The translations under genes were made by a program, and so were the position numbers. DNA of 63,662 bases, the filler included, from Octopus bimaculoides (taxonomy: Eukaryota): the NCBI RefSeq assembly GCF_001194135.2. It is 8 parts of 7 records of this genome, joined end to end, with 100 filler letters (N's around TTAATTAATTAA, not from the genome) between each part and the next. Parts side by side here need not be neighbours in the genome. Positions count along the whole stretch, not along the records: positions 1 to 12,477 come from NC_069004.1; positions 12,578 to 17,157 come from NC_068992.1; 6 more parts are not named here. The stretch is one strand, 5' to 3'. The notes beneath the pieces were generated by a model, which saw nothing but the letters and a program-made list of their open reading frames with translations, did not search any database and was not told where the DNA came from. Within the stretch, counting starts at the first letter, position 1. Every line of letters starts with the position of its first letter. Below are positions 1 through 12,610 of this stretch, piece after piece.

Positions 1-3000
1 TATGTCAGAACGAACGAACGTACGGACGGACGAAAGAACGTCCGTACGTATGTACGGATTTATGTGCGTAAGTACGCATGTAAGAACGAACGAACGATCG
101 AACAAACGAACGAACATAGAAACGGACGTACGAACGAACGAACGTACGAAAGAATGAACGAATAAATGATCGTACGTACGTACGAAAGAACGAAACAAAC
201 GAACGAACGAAAGNNNNNNNNNNGAACTAACGTACGTCCGTACGTACGAACTAACGAAATTAAGGAACGAACGAATAAACGATCGAAAGAACGTTTGAAC
301 GTATGTACGTACATACGTAAGAATGAAAGTACGTACGAATGAATGAAAGTAGGTATGTACGAACGATCGAACGAACGAACGAAGGAAAGAACGAAGTAAC
401 GAATGAACGTACGTACTTACGTACGTAAGAACGAACGTACGAACGAAAGAACGACGAACGTACGTACGTACGTTTGTACGTAAGTACGAACGAACGAAGG
501 TACGCAAGTACGTATGTAAGTAAGAAAGAACGATCGAACGAACGAAATAAAGAACGTAAGAACGAAGGAACGTGATTACGTACGTACGAACGAACGTACG
601 TAGGTACGTATATAAGTACCTACGTACGAACGAACGTAAATACGTCTGTTCGTACGTAACAACGAAGGAACGAACAAACAAATGAGCGAACGAACTAACG
701 AACGAATGTACGCACGTACGTACGTAGGAACGAACAAACGTACGCACGTATTTACGAACGAACGAACGAAAATACGTGAGTACGAACGAATGAACGAAAG
801 TACGTACGAACGAACGTACGAACGAACGAACGAACATACGAAAGAATGAACGAACGATTGAACGAAAGAATGTACGCACGTACGAAATAACGAACGAACG
901 AAGAAACGTCCGTACGTACATGTGAAGGACCGAAAGAACAAACGAACGAACGAACGAACGAATGATCGTACGTACGTACGGACGAACGAAACAAACGAAC
1001 GAACGAAAGAACGAACGAACGAACGAAAGAACGAACGAACGAACGATCGAACGATCGAACGAAACAAACGAATGAACGAACGAGCGAGCGAAAGTACGAA
1101 CGAAGTAACGAAAGAATTGACGAACGAACGAACGAACGAGACAACGATCGAGCAAACGAAAGAACGTATGTACGAACAAACGAAGGAACGAATGAACAAA
1201 CAAATGTACGTCCGTAGGAACGAACGCATGTGCGAACGAAAGAAAGATCGAACGAAAAAACAAACGAACGTACGTACGAACGAACGAACGAACGAACGTA
1301 CGTACATACATCCGTACGTAAGAACGATCGAATGAGCGAACGAACGTACGTACATACGAACGAAAGAACTAACGTACGTCCGTACGTACGAACGAACGAA
1401 ATTAAGGAACGAACGAACAAACGAACGAAAGAACGATTGAACGTATGTACGTACATACGTANNNNNNNNNNNNNNNNNNNNNNNNNNNNNNNNNNNNNNN
1501 NNNNNNNNNNNNNNNNNNNNNNNNNNNNNNNNNNNNNNNNNNNNNNNNNNNNNNNNNNNNNNNNNNNNNNNNNNNNNNNNNNNNNNNNNNNNNNNNNNNN
1601 NNNNNNNNNNNNNNNNNNNNNNNNNNNNNNNNNNNNNNNNNNNNNNNNNNNNNNNNNNNNNNNNNNNNNNNNNNNNNNNNNNNNNNNNNNNNNNNNNNNN
1701 NNNNNNNNNNNNNNNNNNNNNNNNNNNNNNNNNNNNNNNNNNNNNNNNNNNNNNNNNNNNNNNNNNNNNNNNNNNNNNNNNNNNNNNNNNNNNNNNNNNN
1801 NNNNNNNNNNNNNNNNNNNNNNNNNNNNNNNNNNNNNNNNNNNNNNNNNNNNNNNNNNNNNNNNNNNNNNNNNNNNNNNNNNNNNNNNNNNNNNNNNNNN
1901 NNNNNNNNNNNNNNNNNNNNNNNNNNNNNNNNNNNNNNNNNNNNNNNNNNNNNNNNNNNNNNNNNNNNNNNNNNNNNNNNNNNNNNNNNNNNNNNNNNNN
2001 NNNNNNNNNNNNNNNNNNNNNNNNNNNNNNNNNNNNNNNNNNNNNNNNNNNNNNNNNNNNNNNNNNNNNNNNNNNNNNNNNNNNNNNNGAACGAACGATC
2101 GAACAAACGAATTAACAAACAAATGTAGGTAGATACGTACGTACGAACGAACGTACGTCCAAACGAACGATCGTACGTATGAAAAAATGATCGAAGGAAG
2201 GAAAGAACGTGCGTAAGTAAGTAAGTTCGTACGTACGAAGGAATGAAACGAACGAACGAACGAATGAAACGAACGAACGAAGGAATGAAACGAACGAACC
2301 AACGACCTAATAAACGAACGTACCTACGTACGTACGAAAGAACGAAAGAACTAACGAACGAGGTAACAAACGAACGTCCGTACGTATGTACGGATTTACG
2401 TACATAAGTACGAATTTAAGAACGAACGAACAAAGAAACGGACGAACGTACGTAGGTATGAAAAAAAAACGAACGAATAAAGAATTGAACGTACGTATGT
2501 ACGAACGAACAAACGAATGTACGAAAGAACAAACGAACGTACATAAGTAGGTACATATGTACGTACGTACGTACGTACGTATGAACGAACGAACAAACTA
2601 ACGAACGTACGCACGTACGTACGAACGAACGTACGCACGTACGAACGAATGAAAGAAAGAACGTACGAAAGAACGAGCGAACGAACGAACAAACTAACGA
2701 ACGAACGAACAAAATAACGAACGTACGCACGTACGTAGGAACGAACTAACGTACGAAAGAATGAACGAACGATTGAACGAAAGAATGTACGTACGTATGA
2801 AAGAACGAACGAACGAACAAACGTACGTGCGTAGGTGCGAAGGAAGGAACGAACAAACGAACGAACGAACGAATGATCGTAGTACGTACGGAAGAAAGAA
2901 ACAAACGAACGAAAGAAAGAACGATCGAACGAAACAAACAAACGAATGAACGAACGAGCGAAAGAACGAACGAAGTAACGAAAGAATGGACGAACGAACG

Positions 3001-6000
3001 AACGAGACAATGATCGAGCAAACGAAAGAACGTACGTACGTACGTATGTTCCAACAAACGAAGGAACGAATAAACAAACAAACGTACGTACGTAGGAACG
3101 AACGCATGTGCGAACGAAAGAAAGATCGAACGAAAAAACAAAAGAACGTACACACGAACGAACGAACGTACGTACATACATCTGTTCGTAAGAACGACCG
3201 AACGAGTGAACGAACGTACGTACGTACGAACGAAAGAACTAACGTACGTCCGTATGTACGAACGAACGAAATTAAGGAACGAACGAACAAACGAACGAAA
3301 GAACGATTGAACTATGTACGTACATACGTAAGAAAGAAAGTACGAACAAGCGTACGTACGTAAGAATGAATGAAAGTACGTACGTATGAACGATCGAACG
3401 AACGAACGAACGACGGAAAGAACGAAGTAACGAATGAACATACGTACTTACGTACGTAAGAACGTACGAACGAACGAAAGAACGAACGAACGTACGTAAT
3501 TACGTATGTACGTAAGTACGAACGAACGAAAGAAAGAACGTAAAAACGAACGAACGTAATTATGTACGCACGAACGAACGTAAATACGTCCATTCGTACG
3601 TAACAACGGAGGAAAGAACAAACAAATGAATGAACAAACTAACGAACGAATGTACGCACGTACGTACGAAGGAACGAACGAACGAACGAACGTACGCACG
3701 TATGTACGTACGTACAAAAGAAACGTAATGAACGTACGTACGTAAGATACGAATGAAATAACGTAAGTACGTACGTAAGAACGTACGAACGAAAGAATTA
3801 ACGGATGATCGAATGAAAGAAAGAAGGAACGAACGATCGAACAAACGAATTACCGAACAAATGTAGGTACATACCTATGAACGAAAGAACAAACGTACGT
3901 ACGAAAAAAAAAACGAACGAACAAAGAAATGAACGTATGTACGTACGAAAAAACGAACGAAAGAACGATCGAAAGTACGAACAATCGAACGAACGATCGT
4001 AGATATGTATGTACGTACGAACGACCGAACGAACGTACGTAAGGAGGTACATATGTACGTACGAACAAACGAACAAAGTAACGAACGTACGCGCGTACGT
4101 ACGTTCGGTCATTCTTACGCACGTAGGTTCGATCGTTCTTTCTTTCGTTCGTTCGTTCGTATTTAGTAACGTACGTACGTTCTTTGGATCGTTCGTACTT
4201 ACTTACTTATGAACGTACGTACGTTCATTCGTTCTATCGTTCGTTCTTTCGTATGTACGTACGCACATCCGTTCGTTCGTACGTACGTACATCCGTTCGT
4301 ACGTGCGTTCGGTTGTCCTTTCGTTCGTTCGGTCGGTCGTTAGTTTGTTCGTAGGTACGTACGTACGTACATTCATTCGTTCGTACGTACGTATGTACCT
4401 ACGTTCATATGTGCTTAGGTACGTACGTACGTTTGATCGTTCTTTCGTTTGTTCCTTCGTTCTTTCGTTCGTTCGTTCATTCATTCTTTCGTTCGTTTGT
4501 TCGTACGTACGTTCGTTCACTCGTTTGTTCTTTCGTTCGTTCGTTCTTTCTTCCGTTCGTTCGGTCAATAATTCGTTCATTTGTTTGTTTCGTTCGTTCG
4601 TTCGTTTATTCCTTCGTTAGTTTCGTACGTTCGTTCTTTTGTTCGGTCTTTCGATCGTTCGTTCGTTCTTTCGTTTGTTCGTTTGTTCATTCGTTTGTTA
4701 GTTCGTACGTACGTACCTACTTACGTACGTTCGTACGTTCGTTCGAACGTACTTACGTACATTCATTCTTTCGCTCGTTCGTTTGTTCGTACGTACGTTC
4801 GTTTGTTCATTCGTTCGCTCTTTCGTCCGTAGGTACGTACGTACGTACATTCATTCGTTCGTACGTACGTACCTACGTTCATATGTGCTTAGGTACGTAC
4901 GTACGTTTGATCGTTCTTTCGTTCGTTCATTCATTCTTTCGTTCGTTTGTTCGTACGTACGTTCGTTTGTTCGTACGTACGCTCGTTCGTTCGCTCGTTT
5001 GTTCTTGCGTTCGTTCGTTCTTTCTTCCGTTCGTTCGTTTGGTCGATAGTCCGTTCATTTGTTTGTTTCGTTCGTTCGTTCGTTTATTCCTTCGTTAGTT
5101 TCGTACGTTCGATCGTATGTACGTCCGTTCTATTGTTCGTTCTTTCGATCGTTCGTTCGTTCATTCGTTCGTTAGTTCGTACATACGTACCTACTTACGT
5201 ACGTTCGTTCGTTTGTTCGTAGTACTTACGTACGTTCGTACGTTCATTCTTTCGTTCGTTCGTTTGTTCGTACGTATGTACGTTCGTTCGTTTGTACGTA
5301 CGTTCGTTAGTTCGTACGTTCGTTCGTTCATTCATTTATACGTATATACATATGTAAATACGTACGTTCGATCGTTCGTTCATTTCGTTGCTAAGCTCGT
5401 TCGTACGTACGTACGTACGAATAAGCAAACGAATGATATGAACGAACTAACGAACGAACAAACGAAAGAACTAACGAACGAACGAACGTACGTATATTCG
5501 TACTTACATATGTATGAGTGAACGAACGAACGAACCAACCAACGAGCGTCCGTATTTTCGTACGTACATATGTATAAATGAACGAACGAACGAACGTACG
5601 TACGTACGTACGAATGTACGAACGAACGAATGTACGTACGTACGAACGAATGATCGTACGTATGAACAAATGATCGAAGGAACGAAAGAACGTGCGTACG
5701 TAAGTTCGTACGTGCGAACGAATAAACGAAAGAAGGAACGTAATTGCGAACGAACGAAAGAACGAACGAACGTACGAATGTCAGAACGAACGAACGTACG
5801 GACGAACGAACGAATGAAACGAACGAACGAACGACCTAATGAACGAACGTACGTATGTACGAGAGAACTGACGAACGAGGCAACGAATGAACGTCCATAC
5901 ATATGTACGGATTTACGTACGTAAGTACGTATTTAAGAACGAAAGAACGATCGAACAAACAAAGAAACGGACGAACGTACGTACGAACGAAAGAGAGATT

Positions 6001-8614
6001 GAACGAACGAACGTACGTAGGTACGAAAAACAAACGAACGAACAAAGAATTGAACGTAATTATGTACGAACGAACAAACGAACGAACGAACGTACATAAG
6101 TAGGTACATATGTACGTACGTACGTACGTATGAACGAACGAACGAACAAACGAAGGAACGAATGAACAAACAAACGTACGTACGTAGGTACGAACGCATG
6201 TCCGAACGAAAGAAAGATCGAACGAAAAAACAAACGAACGTACGTACGAACGAACGAACGTACGTACATACATCCGTACGTAGGAACGAGCGAACGATCG
6301 TACGAACGAAGGAACTAACGTACGTCCGTACGTACGAACGAACGAAATTAAGGAACAAACGAACGAAAGAACGATTGAACGTATGTACGTACATACGTAA
6401 GAATGAACGTACGAACGAGCGTACCTACGCACGAATGAACGTTCGAACGTACGAACAATCGAACGAACGAAAGAAAGAAATATCCAATGAACGTACGTAC
6501 TTACGTACTTAAGAGCGAGCGAACGAACGACCTAATGCACGAACGTACATGCGTACGTACGAAAGAATTAAAGAACTAACGAACGAGGCAACGAACGAAC
6601 GTCCGTACGTATGTACGGATTTACGTACGTAAGTACGTATGTAAGAACGAACGAACAATCGAAGAAACGAACGAACAAAGAAACGGTCGAACGTACGTAA
6701 GAACAAACGAACGAACGATTGAACGAACGAACGTACATAGGAACGAACAAAGAATTGAACGAAAAACGAACAAACAAACGTACATAAGTAGGTACATATG
6801 TACGTACGTACGTATGAACGAACGTACGCACGTACGTAGGAACGAACGAACGTACGAAAGAATGATCGAACGATTGAATGAAAGAATGTACGTACATACG
6901 AAAGAACGAACGAACGAACAAACGTACGTAAGTACGTGCGAAGGAACGAACGAACAAACGAACGTACNNNNNNNNNNAAACAAACGTACATAAGTAGGTA
7001 CATATGTACGTACGTACGTATGAACGAACGTACGCACGTACGTAGGAACGAACGAACGTACGAAAGAATGATCGAACGATTGAATGAAAGAATGTACGTA
7101 CATACGAAAGAACAAACGAACGAACAAACGTACGTAAGTACGTGCGAAGGAACGAACGAACAAACGACCGAACGTACGTATATTCGTACTTACATATGTA
7201 TGAATGAACGAAGGAACGAACGAGCGAGAGTATGTTCGTACGCACTTATGTATGAATGAACGAACGAACGAACGTACGTACGTACGAACGAACAAACGAA
7301 CAAACGAACGTACATAAGTAGGTACATATGTACGTACGTACGTACGTACGTATGAACGAACGAACGAACAAACGAAGGAACGAATGAACAAACAAACGTA
7401 CGTAGGTACGAACGCATGTCCGAACGAAAGAAAGATCGAACGAAAAAACAAACGAACGTACGTACATACATCCGTACGTAGGAACGAGCGAACGAACGTA
7501 CGAACGAAGGAACTAACGTACGTCCGTACGTACGAACGAACGAAATTAAGGAACAAACGAACGAAAGAACGATTGAACTATGTACGTACATACGTAAGAA
7601 TGAACGTACGAACGAGCGTACCTACGTACGAATGAACGTTCGAACATACGAACAATCGAACGAACGAAAGAAAGAAATATCCAATGAACGTACGTACTTA
7701 CGTCCGTAAGAGCGAGCGAACGAACGAAAGGACGAGAGAACGAACGAACGAACGTACGTACGTTCGAACGTATGTCAGAACGAACGAATGAAACGAACGA
7801 ACGAACGACCTAATGAACGAACGTACGTACGAAAGAATGAAAGAACTAACGAACGAGGCAACGAACGAACGTCCGTACGTATGTACGGATTTACGTACGT
7901 AAGTACGTATGTAAGAACGAACGAACGAACAAACGTACGTAAGTACGTGCGAAGGAACGAACAAACAAACGAACGAACGTACGTATATTCGAACTTACAT
8001 ATGTATGAATGAACGAAGGAACGAACGAGCGAGAGTATGTTCGTACGTACTTATGTATGAATTAACGAACGAACGTACGTACGTACGAACGAATGCACGT
8101 ACGTACGAACAAACGAACATACGTTCGAACGATGGTACGTACGTACGAACGAACGATCGTACGTATGAACAAATGCTCGAAGGAAGGAAAGAACGTGCGT
8201 ACGTAAGTAAGTTCGTACGTACGAACCAATAAACGAAAGAAGGAACGTGATTACGAACGAATGAAAGAACGAACGAACGTACGTATGTTCCTACGTACAT
8301 ATATATGAACGAACGAACGAACGAACGTACGTACGTACGAATGTATGTCAGAACGAACGAACGTACGGACGGACGAAAGAACGAATGAAACGAAAGAACG
8401 AACGAATGAAACGTAAGTACGTGCGAAGGAACGAACGAACAAACGAACGAACGAACAAATGATCGAACGTACGTACGAAAGAACGAAACAAACGAACGAA
8501 CGAAAGAACGAACGAAAGAAAGAACGAACGAACGAAAGAACGAACGAACGAACAAAAGAACGAACGAAAGAACGAACGAAGTAACGAAAGAATGGACGAA
8601 CGAACGAACGAGAC
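1..8614. repeat. Degenerate tetranucleotide satellite (ACGA/ACGT/AAGA/ATGA/ACAA units) with higher-order modules and an internal inverted block
   Basis: Continuous 4-nt-periodic array, interrupted only by N gaps (214-223, 1462-2089, 6968-6977). Diagnostic modules recur: AAATTAAGG near 257, 1399, 3269, 6345, 7543; GTACGGATTTA near 53, 2387, 5905, 6614, 7884. Block 4093-5410 reads as the reverse complement (TCGT/TTCG). Confidence 0.97.
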
Positions 8615-9117
8615 NNNNNNNNNNNNNNNNNNNNNNNNNNNNNNNNNNNNNNNNNNNNNNNNNNNNNNNNNNNNNNNNNNNNNNNNNNNNNNNNNNNNNN
8701 NNNNNNNNNNNNNNACATCACAATACATCATCAATACAAAACAGAGCATTGCGTAACAATAATTTATTAACAAGTTTCCAAGCACATGCAACATAATCAA
8801 AAGTTTACAATCATTACATAATCAAAGTTTACAATCAGAGTTCGTACATCAAGTCAAAAGTTCTTCTACTTCTTTGTTTTTCTTTTCCACCAGTTAACAA
8901 AATCTCTTTTTCTTTTAAAACATGTAACAAAGTTCTCTCTTTAAAGAATATTTACACAAACCTTTACCGCAAGAATTTCCTTTCCTTCAAAGCTCCCACT
9001 ACAATCTTTTGCCTGCCACAACAGTTCCATCTCTCTGTCCCTTTCTCTCTGAGACTCTATGCATTTCTGCTGACTGGTCTCTGCTGACCATAGGCTCTCT
9101 CTGTCATATATGTACAC

Positions 9118-9162
<45 letters not shown>

Positions 9163-9861
9163 CATACACATATATATATATGCACANNNNNNNNNNNNNN
9201 NNNNNNNNNNNNNNNNNNNNNNNNNNNNNNNNNNNNNNNNNNNNNNNNNNNNNNNNNNNNNNNNNNNNNNNNNNNNNNNNNNNNNNNNNNNNNNNNNNNN
9301 NNNNNNNNNNNNNNNNNNNNNNNNNNNNNNNNNNNNNNNNNNNNNNNNNNNNNNNNNNNNNNNNNNNNNNNNNNNNNNNNNNNNNNNNNNNNNNNNNNNN
9401 NNNNNNNNNNNNNNNNNNNNNNNNNNNNNNNNNNNNNNNNNNNNNNNNNNNNNNNNNNNNNNNNNNNNNNNNNNNNNNNNNNNNNNNNNNNNNNNNNNNN
9501 NNNNNNNNNNNNNNNNNNNNNNNNNNNNNNNNNNNNNNNNNNNNNNNNNNNNNNNNNNNNNNNNNNNNNNNNNNNNNNNNNNNNNNNNNNNNNNNNNNNN
9601 NNNNNNNNNNNNNNNNNNNNNNNNNNNNNNNNNNNNNNNNNNNNNNNNNNNNNNNNNNNNNNNNNNNNNNNNNNNNNNNNNNNNNNNNNNNNNNNNNNNN
9701 NNNNNNNNNNNNNNNNNNNNNNNNNNNNNNNNNNNNNNNNNNNNNNNNNNNNNNNNNNNNNNNNNNNNNNNNNNNNNNNNNNNNNNNNNNNNNNNNNNNN
9801 NNNNNNNNNNNNNNNNNNNNNNNNNNNNNNNNNNATAGAGGGGACAAACAAGGACAGACAA

Positions 9862-10035
9862 AGGGATTAAGTCGATTACATCGACCCCAGTGCGTAACTG
9901 GTACTTAATTTATCGACCCCGAAAGAATGAAAGGCAAAGTCGACCTCGGCGGAATTTGAACTCAGAACGTAAAGACAGACGAAATGCTGCTAAGCATTTC
10001 GCCCAGCGTGCTAACGTTTCTGCCAGCTCACCGGC
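9862..10035 (-). mobile_element. tRNA-derived SINE, Meta-domain-like central region, apparently young copy
   Basis: Minus strand reads GGTGAGCTGGCAGAAACGTTAGCA (A box-like) ... GAGTTCAAATTCC (B box) ... GTCGACTTTGCCTTTCATTCTTTCGGGGTCGATAAATTAAGTACCAG, which resembles the MetaSINE core. Related copies at 10183-10866, 21330-21415 and 39445-39577. Confidence 0.8.
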
Positions 10036-10060
10036 TTTTATTTTTTATTTTTTTTTTTTT

Positions 10061-10181
10061 AATGCTTACAGCACCTAGGTTTCCCAAGCGGTCACCCATC
10101 TAAGTACTCACTAGGCTCAATGTTGCTTAACTTCGGTGAACGGACGAGAACCGGTGCTCTCAGCGTGATATGGCCGTAAGC
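10061..10181 (-). pseudogene. 5S rRNA: 5S rRNA copy followed by a poly(A) tract, probably a retroposed pseudogene
   Basis: Minus strand GCTTACGGCCATATCACGCTGAGAGCACCGGTTCTCGTCCGTTCACCGAAGTTAAGC...AGTACTTAGATGGGTGACCGCTTGGGAAACCTAGGTGCTGTAAGCATT is a full-length (~120 nt) metazoan 5S sequence with helix I intact (GCTTACGGC/GCTGTAAGC). It is followed by an A-run (10060-10037) rather than a T-run terminator. It is a single copy, not in an rDNA array. Confidence 0.9.
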
Positions 10182-10182
10182 C

Positions 10183-10866
10183 ATAATAATCCTTTCTACC
10201 AAAGGTACAAGACCTGAAATTTCAGGGGAGGAGGGACTAGTTGGTTATATTGACCCCAATGCTTAACTGGCACTTATTTCATTAACCGCGAAAGGATGAA
10301 AGACAAAGTCTACCTTGGTGGAATTTTAAAATTCAAAATGTAAGGATGGACAAAATGCCGCAATGCATTTTGCCTGGTATACTAACGATTCTACCCGTTC
10401 ATTGTCTTAATAACAACAATCCTTCCTACTATAGGCACAAGGCCAGAAATTTTGGGGGCAGGGACTAGTTGATTACATCGACCCCCAGAGCATAAGAGGT
10501 ACTTACTTCATTGACCTTGAAAGAATGAAAGACAAACTTGACCTCAGGAGAATTTGAACTCAGAATGTAAGGACAGACGAAATGCCACTATGCATTTATA
10601 TATAATGAGCAGATGATGATGATGATAATAATAATAATCCTTTCTACTATAGGCACAAGGCCTGAAATTTTGGGGGCAGGGTCTAGTCAATTATTTTATG
10701 AACACCAAAAGGATGGAAGGAAAATTTGACCTTGGCAGAATTTGAACTCAGAACTGATGGCCAAAGTACTGCTAAGCATTTTGTCCAGCATGCTAACGAT
10801 TCTGCCAGCTCACCGTCTAATGATGATGATTTAGGTACAAGGCCAGCAATTTTGAGGGGAGGGGTT
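10183..10866 (-). mobile_element. Head-to-tail array of about 3.5 further copies of the same SINE family
   Basis: Repeated CCTT(T/C)CTAC...CAAG(G/A)CC(T/A)GAAATTT motif near 10190, 10422 and 10638, with a partial copy near 10835. Copies are separated by (TAA)n/(GAT)n tails and all lie in the same orientation. Confidence 0.8.
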
Positions 10867-11510
10867 TNNNNNNNNNNNNNNNNNNNNNNNNNNNNNNNNN
10901 NNNNNNNNNNNNNNNNNNNNNNNNNNNNNNNNNNNNNNNNNNNNNNNNNNNNNNNNNNNNNNNNNNNNNNNNNNNNNNNNNNNNNNNNNNNNNNNNNNNN
11001 NNNNNNNNNNNNNNNNNNNNNNNNNNNNNNNNNNNNNNNNNNNNNNNNNNNNNNNNNNNNNNNNNNNNNNNNNNNNNNNNNNNNNNNNNNNNNNNNNNNN
11101 NNNNNNNNNNNNNNNNNNNNNNNNNNNNNNNNNNNNNNNNNNNNNNNNNNNNNNNNNNNNNNNNNNNNNNNNNNNNNNNNNNNNNNNNNNNNNNNNNNNN
11201 NNNNNNNNNNNNNNNNNNNATATATATATATATAAATATATAAAGAATAATAATAAATGGACCAAAACACATATAATTATATGCGTTTTGCTCCATTTAT
11301 TATTATTCTTCATATCTACTCAAAATACATCACTTTAACTTGGTATTTCTACCTATTAACCGGGTATGATATTCCAGTTTGCGTGTAATTTTTGCTATCC
11401 TGGTAACTATTAACATATTTTCATTATCGAAGTTTTTTTTCAACTGAGATAATATTAATATATACATAAATTAATATATATACATACACACACACACACA
11501 CACATTTCAA

Positions 11511-11874
11511 TTAATATACATTATTTCGTACAGACAACTGAACTATATCACCTTTGTGGAAGTTACAAACAGCAAGGTCCCCCCAATGTCCACACCAAAC
11601 TTGCTTTAAGCTGTTTTGGTCAACAGTGTCTAATTTTACACAGCTGAAATGCAATTTTACCAATGGGATGGTTGCTGAAAGCTTGTTACCCAAGCTGTCA
11701 AGCAAGTCTGATGTGAGGGGGCTGGAGATTCCACAGTCTATCATAACAATCTGTTCAAGGGCACATTCAGCATTGCTGGAAGCATTCTGTAGAAGCTGTA
11801 ATAAAATAGGTTGCTCAAACTGGGGGTTGCTTGAAAGATCCAGTGTCTGTAACCGTGTGGCAAAGTATGGCAGA
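11511..11874 (-). CDS. TONSL: Terminal coding exon of a Tonsoku-like protein (C-terminal leucine-rich-repeat region)
   Basis: A polypyrimidine tract + TTACAG acceptor precedes 11874 and a TAA stop lies at 11513-11511. The peptide RLQTLDLSSNPQF...MIDCGISSPL...LHFSCVKLDTVDQNSLKQ aligns by eye with the human TONSL C-terminus (LDLSANPEI...LSGCAVQGPL...LQLCSRRLCAEDRDALRQ). Recognised from memory, not by search. Confidence 0.72.
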
Positions 11875-12477
11875 CTGTAAAACAAGAAAAGAAAAGGAAA
11901 AAAAAAAACATACATAAACATCAAAAGAAGAAATATGTTGCAATAAAAGTTCGAATAATAATAACCGTTAATAATTTAGGTCCAATGACAGCTATCGGAT
12001 GAGGTGTACAAGTAATTAAATCTAATTCTGTATTTGACAGGTACATGTTTTATCAAACCTGGAACGATAAATGGAAACATAAAGCACAACAGAATATGAA
12101 TTCCTGCTGTGGTAGTCTGAAGGATTAACTGAATAACCATTATTCAGTTAATGTATTAAGTTACCTCAAATCCATGCATAGCAACACAGACTGCAACAAG
12201 AAACACAACATCATTCAATGGTACTTCAATCTGACACATGGATTATCAGGAGAAACTGACATATAAAAAAAAAAAAATGCATATATCTTTTATCTTTCAC
12301 TTGTCTCATGCTGGGACACCACCTTGACGAACTTTAAGTCTAGTACTTATTCTATTGGTCTCTTTTGCTGAACTGCAAAGTTACAGGGTTGTATACACAG
12401 CTACTCTGGTTGTGAAGTGGCCCGAGGGGGAAAGAAACTCATAGACAATGACATACACACACACACACACACACACA

Positions 12478-12577
12478 NNNNNNNNNNNNNNNNNNNNNNN
12501 NNNNNNNNNNNNNNNNNNNNNTTAATTAATTAANNNNNNNNNNNNNNNNNNNNNNNNNNNNNNNNNNNNNNNNNNNN
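12478..12577. other. Assembly join spacer (44 N + TTAATTAATTAA + 44 N)
   Basis: Exact 100-bp structure with a six-frame stop linker at 12522-12533. Confidence 0.95.

Positions 12578-12610
<33 letters not shown>

Noticed and set aside
1-8614. CRISPR-like array interpretation of the recurring modules
   Set aside because: No constant repeat with unique spacers, no cas genes, and the context is eukaryotic.
60-8800. Dozens of long ORFs (RSFV/TNER-rich) in the satellite
   Set aside because: They are translations of the ACGA/ACGT repeat, which lacks stops in several frames; there is no domain content or splice structure.
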